Both the position numbers and the translations under genes were made by a program. Below are positions 10,601 through 18,653 of a DNA stretch of 63,081 bases, one piece after another. The number at the start of each line of letters is the position of its first letter. Within the stretch, counting starts at the first letter, position 1. The DNA lies in the IMG/VR virus record IMGVR_UViG_3300011116_000165, positions 1-63,081 of that record. The stretch is one strand, 5' to 3'. Under the pieces are notes generated by a model, which was not told where the DNA came from, did not search any database, and saw only the letters and a list, made by a program, of their open reading frames with translations. Source of the stretch: a virus (lineage: Duplodnaviria > Caudoviricetes).

Positions 10601-11075
10601 GAACGAAGGCATGAAGACTGCCCGAGGGATGGAGCTTGTAACCAAGGATGACGTGAAGTTGGGTGAGTTGATTGGGCAAGCAATTGGGTTTCAACCTGAC
10701 CTGCTTTCTGCTACCCAAGTAAACAGCTTTAAGTTAACTGGCATTGAGCAGCGCATCCTTAACCAGCGAACAATGATACTGAACAAACTGGACTTCCAAT
10801 ACCGCCAAGACACTGATGCAGCGGATGAGAAGTTTGACAAAATCCTTGAGGATGAAGTCACCAAGTTCAATACAAAGTACCCATCCTATGCTTTAGACCC
10901 AGACGCTATCGTCAGTTCCCTTGAAAAGAAAGCGGAGCAGAGGGCTGGTTCTCGTGCGGGCGTGATAGCGACTGAGAAGAATGTACCCATCATCGAGCAA
11001 GCTACGGATACGATGGAAGCTAGGCTTGACCAAAGGGCTGCGGAGATGAAGGCTCGGCGCGAAAAGGACAAATGA
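4617..11075 (+). CDS. Large polyvalent internal virion protein with zincin-like HExxH domain
   Basis: 2152 aa; VLHELLHA plus downstream HEFLAY; PPVAPPA repeats; RGRP motifs; last late gene. Confidence 0.75.
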   Translation: MALQTATNPQTGESVALVNGNWQPIAQTATNPQTGERVGLIGNEWIPLPGAAPKPVTPTAKPASDDFDFGSPMGTGAEEIMAQANKPKKVYTGSVFDTQPFNPPANPPFNPVEAQAVPERRVQEMRATPKSVFERSALKAAGDTTIGILQGMVSIPKSIVDNIPFDNPLSQFYKDAYKAGEESKSGYLRSKNVERSANLENIRKNQGELAATRASFNTMFSPTGADIVAQGAGSLVPLMGLSVLDFGAKSMTAMNVLANAGDAAQQTAAKMADLSPEQWSNSAAYQALREKGLDHKDAVRMLAPLYALPAQVVAGITGKISGSTGLEKALVKGGAKTARARAGRAGAELLGEEFESLAPELTGNVTQRLLDDKASLLDGLGQTAVETLFGTLPGAGLAAAASKGQGKQTAEAPATPSAPPVAQTEAPVAPTPPETPAPPSAPPVAPPAPPVAPPAPPVAPPTALSEVKVDEAAAARRDRINAATEQLEQMGIPTDNAKGIATRQVDAALTAEAKTAAIKIPEGRVEEITQDLISAGVAPQQAAIDAKNLAQAEAEADAKAETEGAQDVTRPNAEPDRAGVPVAGEAAPAPSTTGEPTAVERDGVVPAEQNVGEPVAGEIVKPTTVAAEEKSRELHDKASSLIKAKASQEEISAAIEEATAFDAENKVGLSVPLESAAKAAPTEITTKTEGTPSATETIETQQTETQGQEAPAAAGVAPAKRGRPAVQQTHVVAANPEGGFNHVSSGEVVATYANKKQATAAVDLAKAQDKGDAALIAKNQTRLDAALASQGRGRPAGTKTEGGTKRITATVKADLADLDSALETYNSPDSSDKKVRESAEYIYEVANDVGESDVVRNHAQQMIDDQIAEEHIPSGAKPSASTAKIKAALAATGKRALPSKFTNAPANTDFGKVTNASEAVGLVVKTGTLFQKFVAQRLRSSVVGIKFVVLEKGDAIPDEMDNARGLFEYNPGTNKHVIYVRGASFGDMQGINNVTVLHELLHAATARRIEAGLSGGPKNVQLTKFMDEMQTLMKRVEAAYESGVRRGIISAELQDLVEADAENTKYDENDNPKFEIFNSPHEFLAYGMSSDEFQRFLMRIKGTRTSETGFTKFVTSIRDLFGVKSSEATAFTDLVNITDDVLNTTAGVAPTQRQAFQQKKKFKPPVFDEKEDIRARRSAKKLARDTKIAKAKVATSREGNIGEATEEMQGARDPSEATNILARFWTWADYWAKEQLVKLPTFDVLAKLAADKGVPALMQVDTQLGQMLGMSQKFLGGANQMIDMLKRGFKEDSSLSRTKFEDFVYATTLAEIDPSDPNAVERSKDLDKDYKALGAVGQRMYKQLKSYYESIIELYSDLLDAQINNIQGMSPEEKSNLMLVLRKTFEAKARITPFFPLVRRGDYWLAIGEGAERQFYLFESRFDRNNKAKELAARQGDSLEDLLFQQKFEQGNDLGSLRAASKDSSAMLKQVFEAIDKMEFGGADSNAAKAKEGLKDAVYQVYLTTMPEQSFRRQFTHRKGRTGFSTDLQQNIATTASKQAIQLSRLKYAPVLRNALSQAKDSIREREELSPFVQEAEKRINLALSGQSGGLGEAVAGVANKASYFWYLSGVSSALIQPASVFISGLPILAANHNNAAGAGLELAKMATLVNQYSVYRKNIDGTTSLVAPSLANNKSLPADERKAISEMVSRGVTQSTYASLVWGYKSMSTEANEGVRGKGKRLANLMVGALMHNTERLSREAVYLASYRLGRKRGLSYEEAVQQAADDTNEALGNYDITNRPRYMQQGLGKVAFQFKMYPLQMTLLLLTNFKKMLPYLNKEGKKEAATKFFGMMGTSFLAGGAANMALFSPIMGLLGWAWNAMGKDDDWPEELKSLSFETWFKTVFLPEKLGDVSIGGVPLSDLVERGPLNAITGLEIASRIGLNDLWGRDSKETKTSRDSAIAFMLDRFGGPTASLGLSFADAYDAYAMGDYQKMTEKLLPAALRNLVVTNRMANEGMKTARGMELVTKDDVKLGELIGQAIGFQPDLLSATQVNSFKLTGIEQRILNQRTMILNKLDFQYRQDTDAADEKFDKILEDEVTKFNTKYPSYALDPDAIVSSLEKKAEQRAGSRAGVIATEKNVPIIEQATDTMEARLDQRAAEMKARREKDK

Positions 11076-11105
11076 AAAAAACCCCCGAGGATTAATCGGG
11101 GGTTG
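11076..11105. terminator. Intrinsic terminator between the convergent arms
   Basis: A-run then AACCCCCGA-ggatta-aTCGGGGGTT hairpin. Confidence 0.8.
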
Positions 11106-11159
11106 AGGGGGCGGGTTGCGCCCAAGGAGAAAGCAACAGACTAACGCACAAAGTCTACC

Positions 11160-11354
11160 TCATGCCCGCCATACCCGCAAGCCTTTAACGCCATCCACTA
11201 CAACTACTTTAGAAATAGTTTTGATTTTTAGGCGAGTACTTATTGCCGCTAACGTGCGACGGGCAGCTTTGTGGTCAATGCAGGGTACAAAAAACGAGTA
11301 CCCTTTCCTAAACTTGGCCCAGTTAATCCGGTACGTCACCGTCTCGATTTTCAT
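11160..11354 (-). CDS. Hypothetical protein
   Basis: ATG at 11354 (MKIETV) overlaps the end of the primase gene. Confidence 0.7.
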   Translation of the reverse strand: MKIETVTYRINWAKFRKGYSFFVPCIDHKAARRTLAAISTRLKIKTISKVVVVDGVKGLRVWRA

Positions 11355-14172
11355 CTTGCTTAATGTAAGTGTCCATTTGCAGGAACTCTGAAGCTGATGC
11401 GTCAAACTTAAGCACCCGAACCGCAGGGGATACAACCCTCATGCCCTTGGACATGCGCTTATTTGTACCCTCAATAAACACCTTGATCTTCTCTAAGTCT
11501 TTTAGTGTGCTGCGGTAGTTGATTTGCTGACGTACACAAAAATCTTTAAAGTGCTTCGCGGAAACGTATAGGTCTTTCGTGTCTGGTTCGTAGCGTATGA
11601 GTAGCTCTCCCTTGGGTTCTAGTAGCGGCAGTGATACCAAGTTGCTGCGGGCATCCACCTCACCGTTGACCACAAGTGCGTTGGCAATATAGGTGTTCAT
11701 AAACTCACCCAGCACCGTAACAGGGGACGATTGCGGAGGCTTAACCTCGTAGCGCATCTCCTCCAACATAACTTTGAGCCACTCGTAGACAGACTTCATA
11801 TCGTAGTCGTGCAGGCCAAGGGACTTGGAGATCAAGCCACCAGCAATATTGCAAGCAGCAACACCCGACCAAAACCTCTCCCGTTGAGTAAACTGAACTT
11901 CTCGGTCAAGCCTAGCTTGGACTTGGCGCATAAGGCTAACGGCCTCTTCCAAATTATTGACAAGCCATTGGGCATAAATCTCCATTGCGTGCCCGTAGTT
12001 TTCCCGTAGTTGATGGTCGAACATTGCCTTGCCCTCTTGCACCTCAATAACATTGTTTGGGCTAATCTTGTATTCCAGCAAACGCATTGACTCACCATCG
12101 GGCGAACTTTTAGATACGCCGAGCTTTTCGTAAAAGCTGGCATTGGAAGAGCATAGGGTGATGCCTTGCCACTTCGTATTATTAATGCGTAGTTCATTGG
12201 TTGAGCCTTTCATCTTGTCCTTGCCCCTACCCTGCGAGATGCTGTACGCAAGGTCTGAGAACTCCATGCCCGACAAGTTGGTGATCTCGTCGATAGTGTT
12301 GGCCAAATTGTTCATCACGCCGAGCCGGTGGATTTTTGCGTTGAACGTATCCTTGAACATGGACGTTAAGTCTTTGGGCATACCCGTCACGCTATTGCAC
12401 ATGAACAGGGCAGTGGACTTACCGGAGCCAGACTCAGGATGAATAAGGTTAATGATTGCCCCCTCCAAACCCGTGAACTTCAGCAGCGGGGAGCCAAAGG
12501 CTGTGAGTGCAGCAAACGCATGGGGCTCCAAACCCTTGCGGCTATACATATTGAACGCTTCTTTCCACTTCTCAAACGTACCCTTAACGTGAATCTTATC
12601 TACTACGTCCTTAGTTGTAGATGACGGGGGGCTATAAAACACACCGTCCTTAGTTATTTCTCTGTCGCCGACAATAAATTTACTGTCTCCTTCAACCCAT
12701 CCAAATTGAGTTCTCATTGTTTCCGCCTTTCTGACGTATTGCAGGTTCTTAACAAAATACACAACGAACCGTGCTAAGTTTTCATATTGCTTGATGTGGG
12801 CTACCACACCTTGCTGCGCTAATTGCTTTCGTAGATCATCCTTGGTTGATATCGACATTGTGGATATGGTGAATTCCCTGATCCCATCGTGCGGTAAGTG
12901 CAATCTGAACAGGGCAACCTCGCCCATCTCAGGGTCACGCATCCGCTTGACTACGTACAGATCATGCTCGTACACCAATGCAGGTTCCGACTCTTCATCG
13001 TCGGCTTCGGGCCGTATATAAATGCCACCGTTCTTACCCCGGAAAAATGGAAAGGGGTACTCGGGTATGCGTGATATCTCCTTGCTCTCCGTATCCTCAA
13101 TAACGTATTCATCACCGTCTACGTCGGCTTCTTCTATTTCCACGCCCAGCATGATTGGGGACTTAATTTTCCCGTGATGCTGACAGCCCTCGCAACCTTG
13201 TGGGTTGAGCTTGGCAAACGTGGTGCAGTGGTGTGGCCCACCTTTCTTCCTAATATCACTAACCTTCTTATCTACTTCTGACGGGTCATACCCTTCGTGC
13301 TTGTTGGACAGCTTGTGTGCTGCTGCGTCCCCATCTATGCAAAAAGCTGCAATGGATAACGCCGAGCGCCACAGTGGCTCATCAATACTCTCCTGATTCT
13401 CAAAACAATGAAGCAGTTGGTTGCACCCATCCTCACCCTTCAGCATGATGGTTTTAAAACGCTTTACCTTGTTCCCCATCAACGCTTCCATCATTGGGCT
13501 GATGCTGCGCGGAATGAAGTCAGGTACCTCGTCTTTGGGCTCTGCCGCACCTAGGAGACTTTTGATCTCGTCGTACGTCATGCGCTGGGTCACGTCATTA
13601 AGGACGGTCACCGGCTGCGGCTGCTCATTCTTGTAATTGAATGTGCCGGGGATGCGCAGGACACGGGATGCCTCAAATACTGAGGAGTCCACAATTAACC
13701 CTTGCTCGACGCACAATTCACGGAGCCTGTCGGCTAACGGTTCCCACTCGCGGCGGGAGATCGTTTTGTCTAGTAGCCAGTACGCATGTACGCCGTATCC
13801 TGAGCTAACTAATAGTGGCCTTGGTAAGCCGACTGCGATGCAGAACTTCTTAAACTCACTGAGTCCAATCTGCTGAGTCAAGTAGCCTTTAATAACGCCC
13901 TTCTCATCCGGCACACCTTTAGTGGGGCCGCAGTCAATGTCCATCCACAATGCGCGGAAGTACGTGGCGTTCTCGTGAGTCCTGTTGTTTAACGGGCCAA
14001 ACTTAGCGCATCCAAAATACGCATCAACTTTGCTCGCTACAAATTCCTCGGCTATCTCATCAACTTCTTCCTTAGTATCTACAAATCGCTGATCGGGGTA
14101 CCGACCCATTCCAAACACACAGTACCGCCCTTCCGTAGGCAGCACGGCGTCCAATAGATCGAATGCGGACAT
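11323..14172 (-). CDS. Primase-helicase (N-terminal primase-like domain, DUF927, P-loop)
   Basis: WMDID, SGYGVHAYW and RVLRIPG primase motifs; Cys/His cluster; Walker A ESGSGKST. Confidence 0.85.
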   Translation of the reverse strand: MSAFDLLDAVLPTEGRYCVFGMGRYPDQRFVDTKEEVDEIAEEFVASKVDAYFGCAKFGPLNNRTHENATYFRALWMDIDCGPTKGVPDEKGVIKGYLTQQIGLSEFKKFCIAVGLPRPLLVSSGYGVHAYWLLDKTISRREWEPLADRLRELCVEQGLIVDSSVFEASRVLRIPGTFNYKNEQPQPVTVLNDVTQRMTYDEIKSLLGAAEPKDEVPDFIPRSISPMMEALMGNKVKRFKTIMLKGEDGCNQLLHCFENQESIDEPLWRSALSIAAFCIDGDAAAHKLSNKHEGYDPSEVDKKVSDIRKKGGPHHCTTFAKLNPQGCEGCQHHGKIKSPIMLGVEIEEADVDGDEYVIEDTESKEISRIPEYPFPFFRGKNGGIYIRPEADDEESEPALVYEHDLYVVKRMRDPEMGEVALFRLHLPHDGIREFTISTMSISTKDDLRKQLAQQGVVAHIKQYENLARFVVYFVKNLQYVRKAETMRTQFGWVEGDSKFIVGDREITKDGVFYSPPSSTTKDVVDKIHVKGTFEKWKEAFNMYSRKGLEPHAFAALTAFGSPLLKFTGLEGAIINLIHPESGSGKSTALFMCNSVTGMPKDLTSMFKDTFNAKIHRLGVMNNLANTIDEITNLSGMEFSDLAYSISQGRGKDKMKGSTNELRINNTKWQGITLCSSNASFYEKLGVSKSSPDGESMRLLEYKISPNNVIEVQEGKAMFDHQLRENYGHAMEIYAQWLVNNLEEAVSLMRQVQARLDREVQFTQRERFWSGVAACNIAGGLISKSLGLHDYDMKSVYEWLKVMLEEMRYEVKPPQSSPVTVLGEFMNTYIANALVVNGEVDARSNLVSLPLLEPKGELLIRYEPDTKDLYVSAKHFKDFCVRQQINYRSTLKDLEKIKVFIEGTNKRMSKGMRVVSPAVRVLKFDASASEFLQMDTYIKQDENRDGDVPD

Positions 14173-14175
14173 TGA

Positions 14176-14412
14176 TTATTTTTTCTTGAGTTCTTCGATG
14201 TATTTGGCTACTTGCGGAGCTAAGCGTGGGTGGGGGCGAGAAGCCCCTTGAAACCAGTTGTAGACCGTCATCCGACTTACGCCAAACGCTTGCGCCAACT
14301 GATTCACGCTTATCCCAGCAGGTATACATACACGACCCAAGGCTACGCCCAGAGACTTAGCATTAGCCGCTTTATTGGCTGACACTAAGCTCAGGCTATA
14401 ACCGTAGCTCAT
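14176..14412 (-). CDS. XRE-family HTH protein
   Basis: ISVNQLAQAFGVSRMTVYNWFQG helix-turn-helix. Confidence 0.85.
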   Translation of the reverse strand: MSYGYSLSLVSANKAANAKSLGVALGRVCIPAGISVNQLAQAFGVSRMTVYNWFQGASRPHPRLAPQVAKYIEELKKK

Positions 14413-14415
14413 GCG

Positions 14416-15306
14416 TTACTCCTCATCACTCCAAGCCTTCACCACGGAGTCAAGGTCTTTCTTGACGGTAGGCTTAGGCTCGGATTTCTTTTCGCGCTTG
14501 GTGGGCTCATCAATAGGCGATTCCAACTTCGGCGCAGCGGCAACGGGTGCAGGTGCTTCCAACTTAGGTGCTCGGCCTGATGTGTCCGCTTGATACGGAG
14601 TCATGATGACCATCTTCTGCACCTCGGGAGTAGCAGCTACCTTGCTGGTAACCGCAAACTGAGCCTTGTTGATGAAGCGCGTCGGCGTGAACATAACCGA
14701 CTGGTTGTCGTTGTCCTCGTTAAAGCTGATCTGCGTAACCACGTAGTCCAAACTCTTGCCGTTGTTCGACAGGTACTTGGTGTAGTTCTCAAACGTATGG
14801 GTGTTGTCCCCTGCGCCATCACCGAACAGCGACTTGGATGCCAAGTTCATCTGATACACAGAACCTTCCAGTGAAGTACCAAAGTCCTCTTCCAACACAA
14901 GCGCAATACGGCGTGAGTAACGGCAGGCCTTAGAGTTGCCCATGCCCGAACCTTTGATGTTCTTATCGCAGCTATCGCAGCGGTCTGCTTGGGGGTTTGC
15001 GGAACCAGCATCGGGTGCACGGCCATCATTGGAGAAGCAATCGGGCGCAGTCGGCTCGGCTTCGGGGCTCCATGTCTTCGTGTAGAAGATACGGCCAACG
15101 TGGGGGGATGCACTAACAATGATGGTGCTAAGGTCACCCTTAACTTTACCCATCTCTTCGCCACCAACTACCTTGCGAAAAATACCGTTCTTTGGAACGA
15201 TGCGTTTAACCCCGGTCTTACCAGCGAGTTGTTTTGTAAGCTCACTGACACCTGCGGTTTGCAGGAAGTCGGGCAAGTCTTGGTTTAGTAAAGCGATATC
15301 ACTCAT
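14416..15306 (-). CDS. Putative ssDNA-binding/replication protein
   Basis: Replication-module position; Cys cluster; acidic tail WSDEE. Confidence 0.5.
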   Translation of the reverse strand: MSDIALLNQDLPDFLQTAGVSELTKQLAGKTGVKRIVPKNGIFRKVVGGEEMGKVKGDLSTIIVSASPHVGRIFYTKTWSPEAEPTAPDCFSNDGRAPDAGSANPQADRCDSCDKNIKGSGMGNSKACRYSRRIALVLEEDFGTSLEGSVYQMNLASKSLFGDGAGDNTHTFENYTKYLSNNGKSLDYVVTQISFNEDNDNQSVMFTPTRFINKAQFAVTSKVAATPEVQKMVIMTPYQADTSGRAPKLEAPAPVAAAPKLESPIDEPTKREKKSEPKPTVKKDLDSVVKAWSDEE

Positions 15307-15307
15307 T

Positions 15308-15730
15308 TCATTTTTCCTTTGAACGTCTAACTACCACGGAATAAGAACTCTCCACGTTGAGACCAGCGGGAAGAAGATCGGGATTCTCAATAAGAAAGTC
15401 CTTCATGTTGGTTTGATGAAGTCGTTTCTCTAACAGGCCAAATGCACCTTGTTCTTCGATGAACGTGTACATTGAATCCCAATCATTCGTCCAGTACCGT
15501 GACTTTACCGAACGGATGATCGTGCCATGTGGGGTGCGTATGCTATCCGCATTCATCTCTTTGCATACGTCGAGCATCTGTGTTTCCAAAACTTCCATCT
15601 GCTCTTTTAAATCGGCGTCGGCTTCCTCAAACTCACGTTTGTTTTCAGCGCGTTTATCTCGTATCTTGATGTAGATTGTGGTGAGCTTGCCCAAATCTAT
15701 GGGGGCAGCTACCTCTTGAACTTCGTCCAT
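15308..15730 (-). CDS. Hypothetical protein (N-terminal coiled-coil)
   Basis: 140 aa; SD AGGAG; directly downstream of a promoter. Confidence 0.7.
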   Translation of the reverse strand: MDEVQEVAAPIDLGKLTTIYIKIRDKRAENKREFEEADADLKEQMEVLETQMLDVCKEMNADSIRTPHGTIIRSVKSRYWTNDWDSMYTFIEEQGAFGLLEKRLHQTNMKDFLIENPDLLPAGLNVESSYSVVVRRSKEK

Positions 15731-15774
15731 CTAATTCTCCTGATTGGTTGTAATCGTGCGACGTGCACGAATTG

Positions 15775-15802
15775 ATTATAACACTGCTTTTTACAGTGTC
15801 AA
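15775..15802 (-). promoter_or_regulatory. Sigma70-type promoter
   Basis: TTGACA-16 nt-TATAAT with extended TG; spacer palindrome ACACTG-N7-CAGTGT. Confidence 0.8.
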
Positions 15803-17184
15803 GCGTCTTCTGAAATTATTTGTTTGTAAAGGTCAATGACCTTTTGGTGGTTGCCAATGTTGCCCCTGAGCATGGAGTACATGCGCGTCTCCACAGGGCT
15901 GCCATTGATGTGCACGACTGTCATGTTGTTGACCTGACCGGGGCGGTCAATCCGTGCGTTGGCTTGCAGGTAGGTTTCTACGCTGGTGCATGGAGCGTAC
16001 CAAATAATTGTGTTGGCCGCAGTTAGTGTTAACCCGTGGGATGCCGCTTTAGGCTGAATAATCAGCACCTTGGGGTCGGGGTTGTCTTGGAACCGTTTAA
16101 CTATGTCGGCGCGGTTGTTAACCGAGACAGCACCATTTATTACGTCACACGTAATGTTGTTCTTGGCTAAGTGCTTCTGAAGTAGCTCAATGGTGTGCGT
16201 GAACGGGACAAAGACCAGCACCTTGTGGCTGGACTCTTCAATGACTTCCTGCACCACTTTCAGTCGGTTGCTCACGTCAAACTCAATGATCTCACCGTTG
16301 TCCGAGTACACCGCACCGCCAGCAATTTGCAACAGCTTATTAATTTGTACCGCAGCATTAACGGCTGTGATCTCTTCGCCAGATGCCTCAATCAACATCT
16401 GCTTCTTAAGTATCCGGTAGTACTTTAATTGCTGTGGCGTCAGTGGCGCGTCTCTGTCTACAAAAGTAACAGGAGGCAGATCAAGGCAGTCGGCTTTCTC
16501 AAACCGGATGGCTGGCTGCAACGCCTTGTGCACGATGTTTTGCGCAGTTGGCTTTGGTATCCAGCGGTACAGACCCATCTTGAGCATCACTGAATCGCGG
16601 AACATACTGAAGAATTGCGGGACTCCAGTGGGGTTCACTAGCTTTGCCAGCCCATACGCATCTGCGGGGGACTGTGCTGCCGGTGTGCCTGTGAGCATCC
16701 ACAAGCCCTTGATAACTTTTGTTAGGTCACGCAGGTCTTTCCATCGGTCAGTCTGCGCATTCTTGTAGGCCGACGCCTCGTCCACCACGATCAGGTCAAA
16801 CCCGCCCGCAATAATTTCTTTCTTGACGATGCCAACGCCATCAAAATTAATGATGACAAAATCTGCGCCCATGTTGATAAGCTGTTTGCGTTTCTGCGCA
16901 GCACCGTATGCCACCGTAACCGTACGATGGATGGCAAACTTAAACAAGTCGTTCTGCCATGCCGACTTCATAATGGACAGGGGGCAGATCACCAGCACTC
17001 GGTTCACCAGCCCACGCTGCATCAAATAGTCTACGGCCCAAATCACTGATGCCGTTTTACCTGTACCCTGCTCGTTAAAGCAAAACGCTTTACGGTTTGT
17101 GGTTAGGAACTCTGATGTTAATTTCTGATGGTCGAATGGGGTAAACCCCGGAGGCCGGGGCCACTCATACTCTGATAGGCTCAT
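15799..17184 (-). CDS. SNF2-family helicase
   Basis: EQGTGKT, VVDEAS, LTGTP, GLTLT and QANARIDRPGQ motifs. Confidence 0.92.
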   Translation of the reverse strand: MSLSEYEWPRPPGFTPFDHQKLTSEFLTTNRKAFCFNEQGTGKTASVIWAVDYLMQRGLVNRVLVICPLSIMKSAWQNDLFKFAIHRTVTVAYGAAQKRKQLINMGADFVIINFDGVGIVKKEIIAGGFDLIVVDEASAYKNAQTDRWKDLRDLTKVIKGLWMLTGTPAAQSPADAYGLAKLVNPTGVPQFFSMFRDSVMLKMGLYRWIPKPTAQNIVHKALQPAIRFEKADCLDLPPVTFVDRDAPLTPQQLKYYRILKKQMLIEASGEEITAVNAAVQINKLLQIAGGAVYSDNGEIIEFDVSNRLKVVQEVIEESSHKVLVFVPFTHTIELLQKHLAKNNITCDVINGAVSVNNRADIVKRFQDNPDPKVLIIQPKAASHGLTLTAANTIIWYAPCTSVETYLQANARIDRPGQVNNMTVVHINGSPVETRMYSMLRGNIGNHQKVIDLYKQIISEDA

Positions 17185-17495
17185 TTTTTCTTACGCTCTT
17201 TGGTACTGACCTCTGATACTACCTTGTGGTTTGACCCACGCTTGAACGAACGGTTGGCGCTTGGGCTTTGCAGCTTTGTACCATCCTTGTTAGTTCCACC
17301 TTTAGATAAAGCCTTGATGTGTGCAACATCTTTTCCTTCGCGCACGTCAGCTTCTCCGTTGTTGTTTGTGTCGGGGTTCTTTTTATCAATTGCTTCTCTC
17401 GCTCGTTGTCGCTCAAGGCGGGACTTGCCCTCACCTCGGGCAAGCTGTTGGTCGTATTCTTTCTTATACGGACGGGGTTTATTTACGTAGGGCAT
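17181..17495 (-). CDS. Small HNH-like protein
   Basis: GKDVAHIKALSKGGTN...SANRS. Confidence 0.6.
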   Translation of the reverse strand: MPYVNKPRPYKKEYDQQLARGEGKSRLERQRAREAIDKKNPDTNNNGEADVREGKDVAHIKALSKGGTNKDGTKLQSPSANRSFKRGSNHKVVSEVSTKERKKK

Positions 17496-17500
17496 GACTA

Positions 17501-17791
17501 TTATCCTTTTTCAATCATGTGGGTACTAAGTTCTTTGTGGTCAAAACCAAAATCCTCGGGCTTTGATTCCCAAAGCGGCTTGCGACCTTCCTTCTCAATC
17601 AGGTTCAACATCTGCCCGACATTGATGCTGATCTCCATTAGCATTTTAGTTTTCTGCTCGGTAAAAATTGCTTGCATCTGCTTAGATACTTCTTCGCGCA
17701 CAATATTTACGGACACCTCATGCACTCGGCGCTTAAGTTCACCTTCAAGGATGAGGGCGGTATCGGTTTCTTCGTTAGTCATTGCACTCAT
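17501..17791 (-). CDS. Hypothetical protein
   Basis: ATG at 17791 after AGGAG; fills the operon gap. Confidence 0.65.
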   Translation of the reverse strand: MSAMTNEETDTALILEGELKRRVHEVSVNIVREEVSKQMQAIFTEQKTKMLMEISINVGQMLNLIEKEGRKPLWESKPEDFGFDHKELSTHMIEKG

Positions 17792-17793
17792 TT

Positions 17794-18456
17794 TTAGCTC
17801 CTGTTGTATTCGCAATCTTTCACTGCACAAAACTTGCACAGTGGGCCTTGGACAGGGTTCCACACCCCATTTTCCTTCGCTGCGTCGATTCGTGCAACAT
17901 CCTCGGTGGGCTTTTGCATATACTTGGGCAGCATCTCAACGTAGTGGTCGGCCCGAACAAACTCTTTACTCACCGTAAAAAGTAGAGCGGACTTCACCCT
18001 CTGGAGAGTCGGGAACTTGGCGAACAGGCCACAAGCTACAAGATCGAGTTGCTTCACGTCCGCATATCTCGCACTCTTGCTTGTCTTGTAGTCCACTGAG
18101 TAGGCCATCGTTTGGGTCGGATTGATAACCACCAAATCGGCTATTCCATGCCACCACACATTCGGCGCATCGAAATCGCAGCTTTCCAAGCTCCTTGTCA
18201 ACCCAAGCCTTACTTCGCATAACTTATCTCCGGGGATAGCCTTCAGTACATCTAAGGTAGCTTGCATATAAGCAAACTGCGGTGGGATTGGCACGTCATC
18301 ACGGATGTATTCTTCTGCTACCGTATGCGCTGTCTTGCCATAAAGCGTTGCCTGTGTATCGGGCTCAACAATATCTCGGACTACCTTGGTGTGGTAGTAC
18401 TTGCGGGGGCATTGCTGAAACGTCTTCAGACTGCTAAATGACCAGACAGTATTCAT
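17794..18456 (-). CDS. PD-(D/E)xK (Cas4/RecB-like) exonuclease
   Basis: SFSSLKTFQQCP, GIAD, DYKT, QLDL and CKFC..C motifs. Confidence 0.88.
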   Translation of the reverse strand: MNTVWSFSSLKTFQQCPRKYYHTKVVRDIVEPDTQATLYGKTAHTVAEEYIRDDVPIPPQFAYMQATLDVLKAIPGDKLCEVRLGLTRSLESCDFDAPNVWWHGIADLVVINPTQTMAYSVDYKTSKSARYADVKQLDLVACGLFAKFPTLQRVKSALLFTVSKEFVRADHYVEMLPKYMQKPTEDVARIDAAKENGVWNPVQGPLCKFCAVKDCEYNRS

Positions 18457-18653
18457 TTTGCTCGTTCCTTCATGTCGTTGATAGCGTGGAGCATCAGCTT
18501 GGTCTGCACTATGGCTTCCAGCGTTTGCTCAGCAGCCTCGTCATACATATTGGCTAGCATAAACAGGTGCGCATCCTTTAGCGCCTTCTCCGCCATCATC
18601 GCGGGAAACGCATAATCAACAATCGCCGTAACTTTTTCCATATCCAGCCTCAC
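18453..18653 (-). CDS. Hypothetical protein
   Basis: Coupled between polymerase and nuclease genes; start uncertain. Confidence 0.6.
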   Translation of the reverse strand: MRLDMEKVTAIVDYAFPAMMAEKALKDAHLFMLANMYDEAAEQTLEAIVQTKLMLHAINDMKERAK

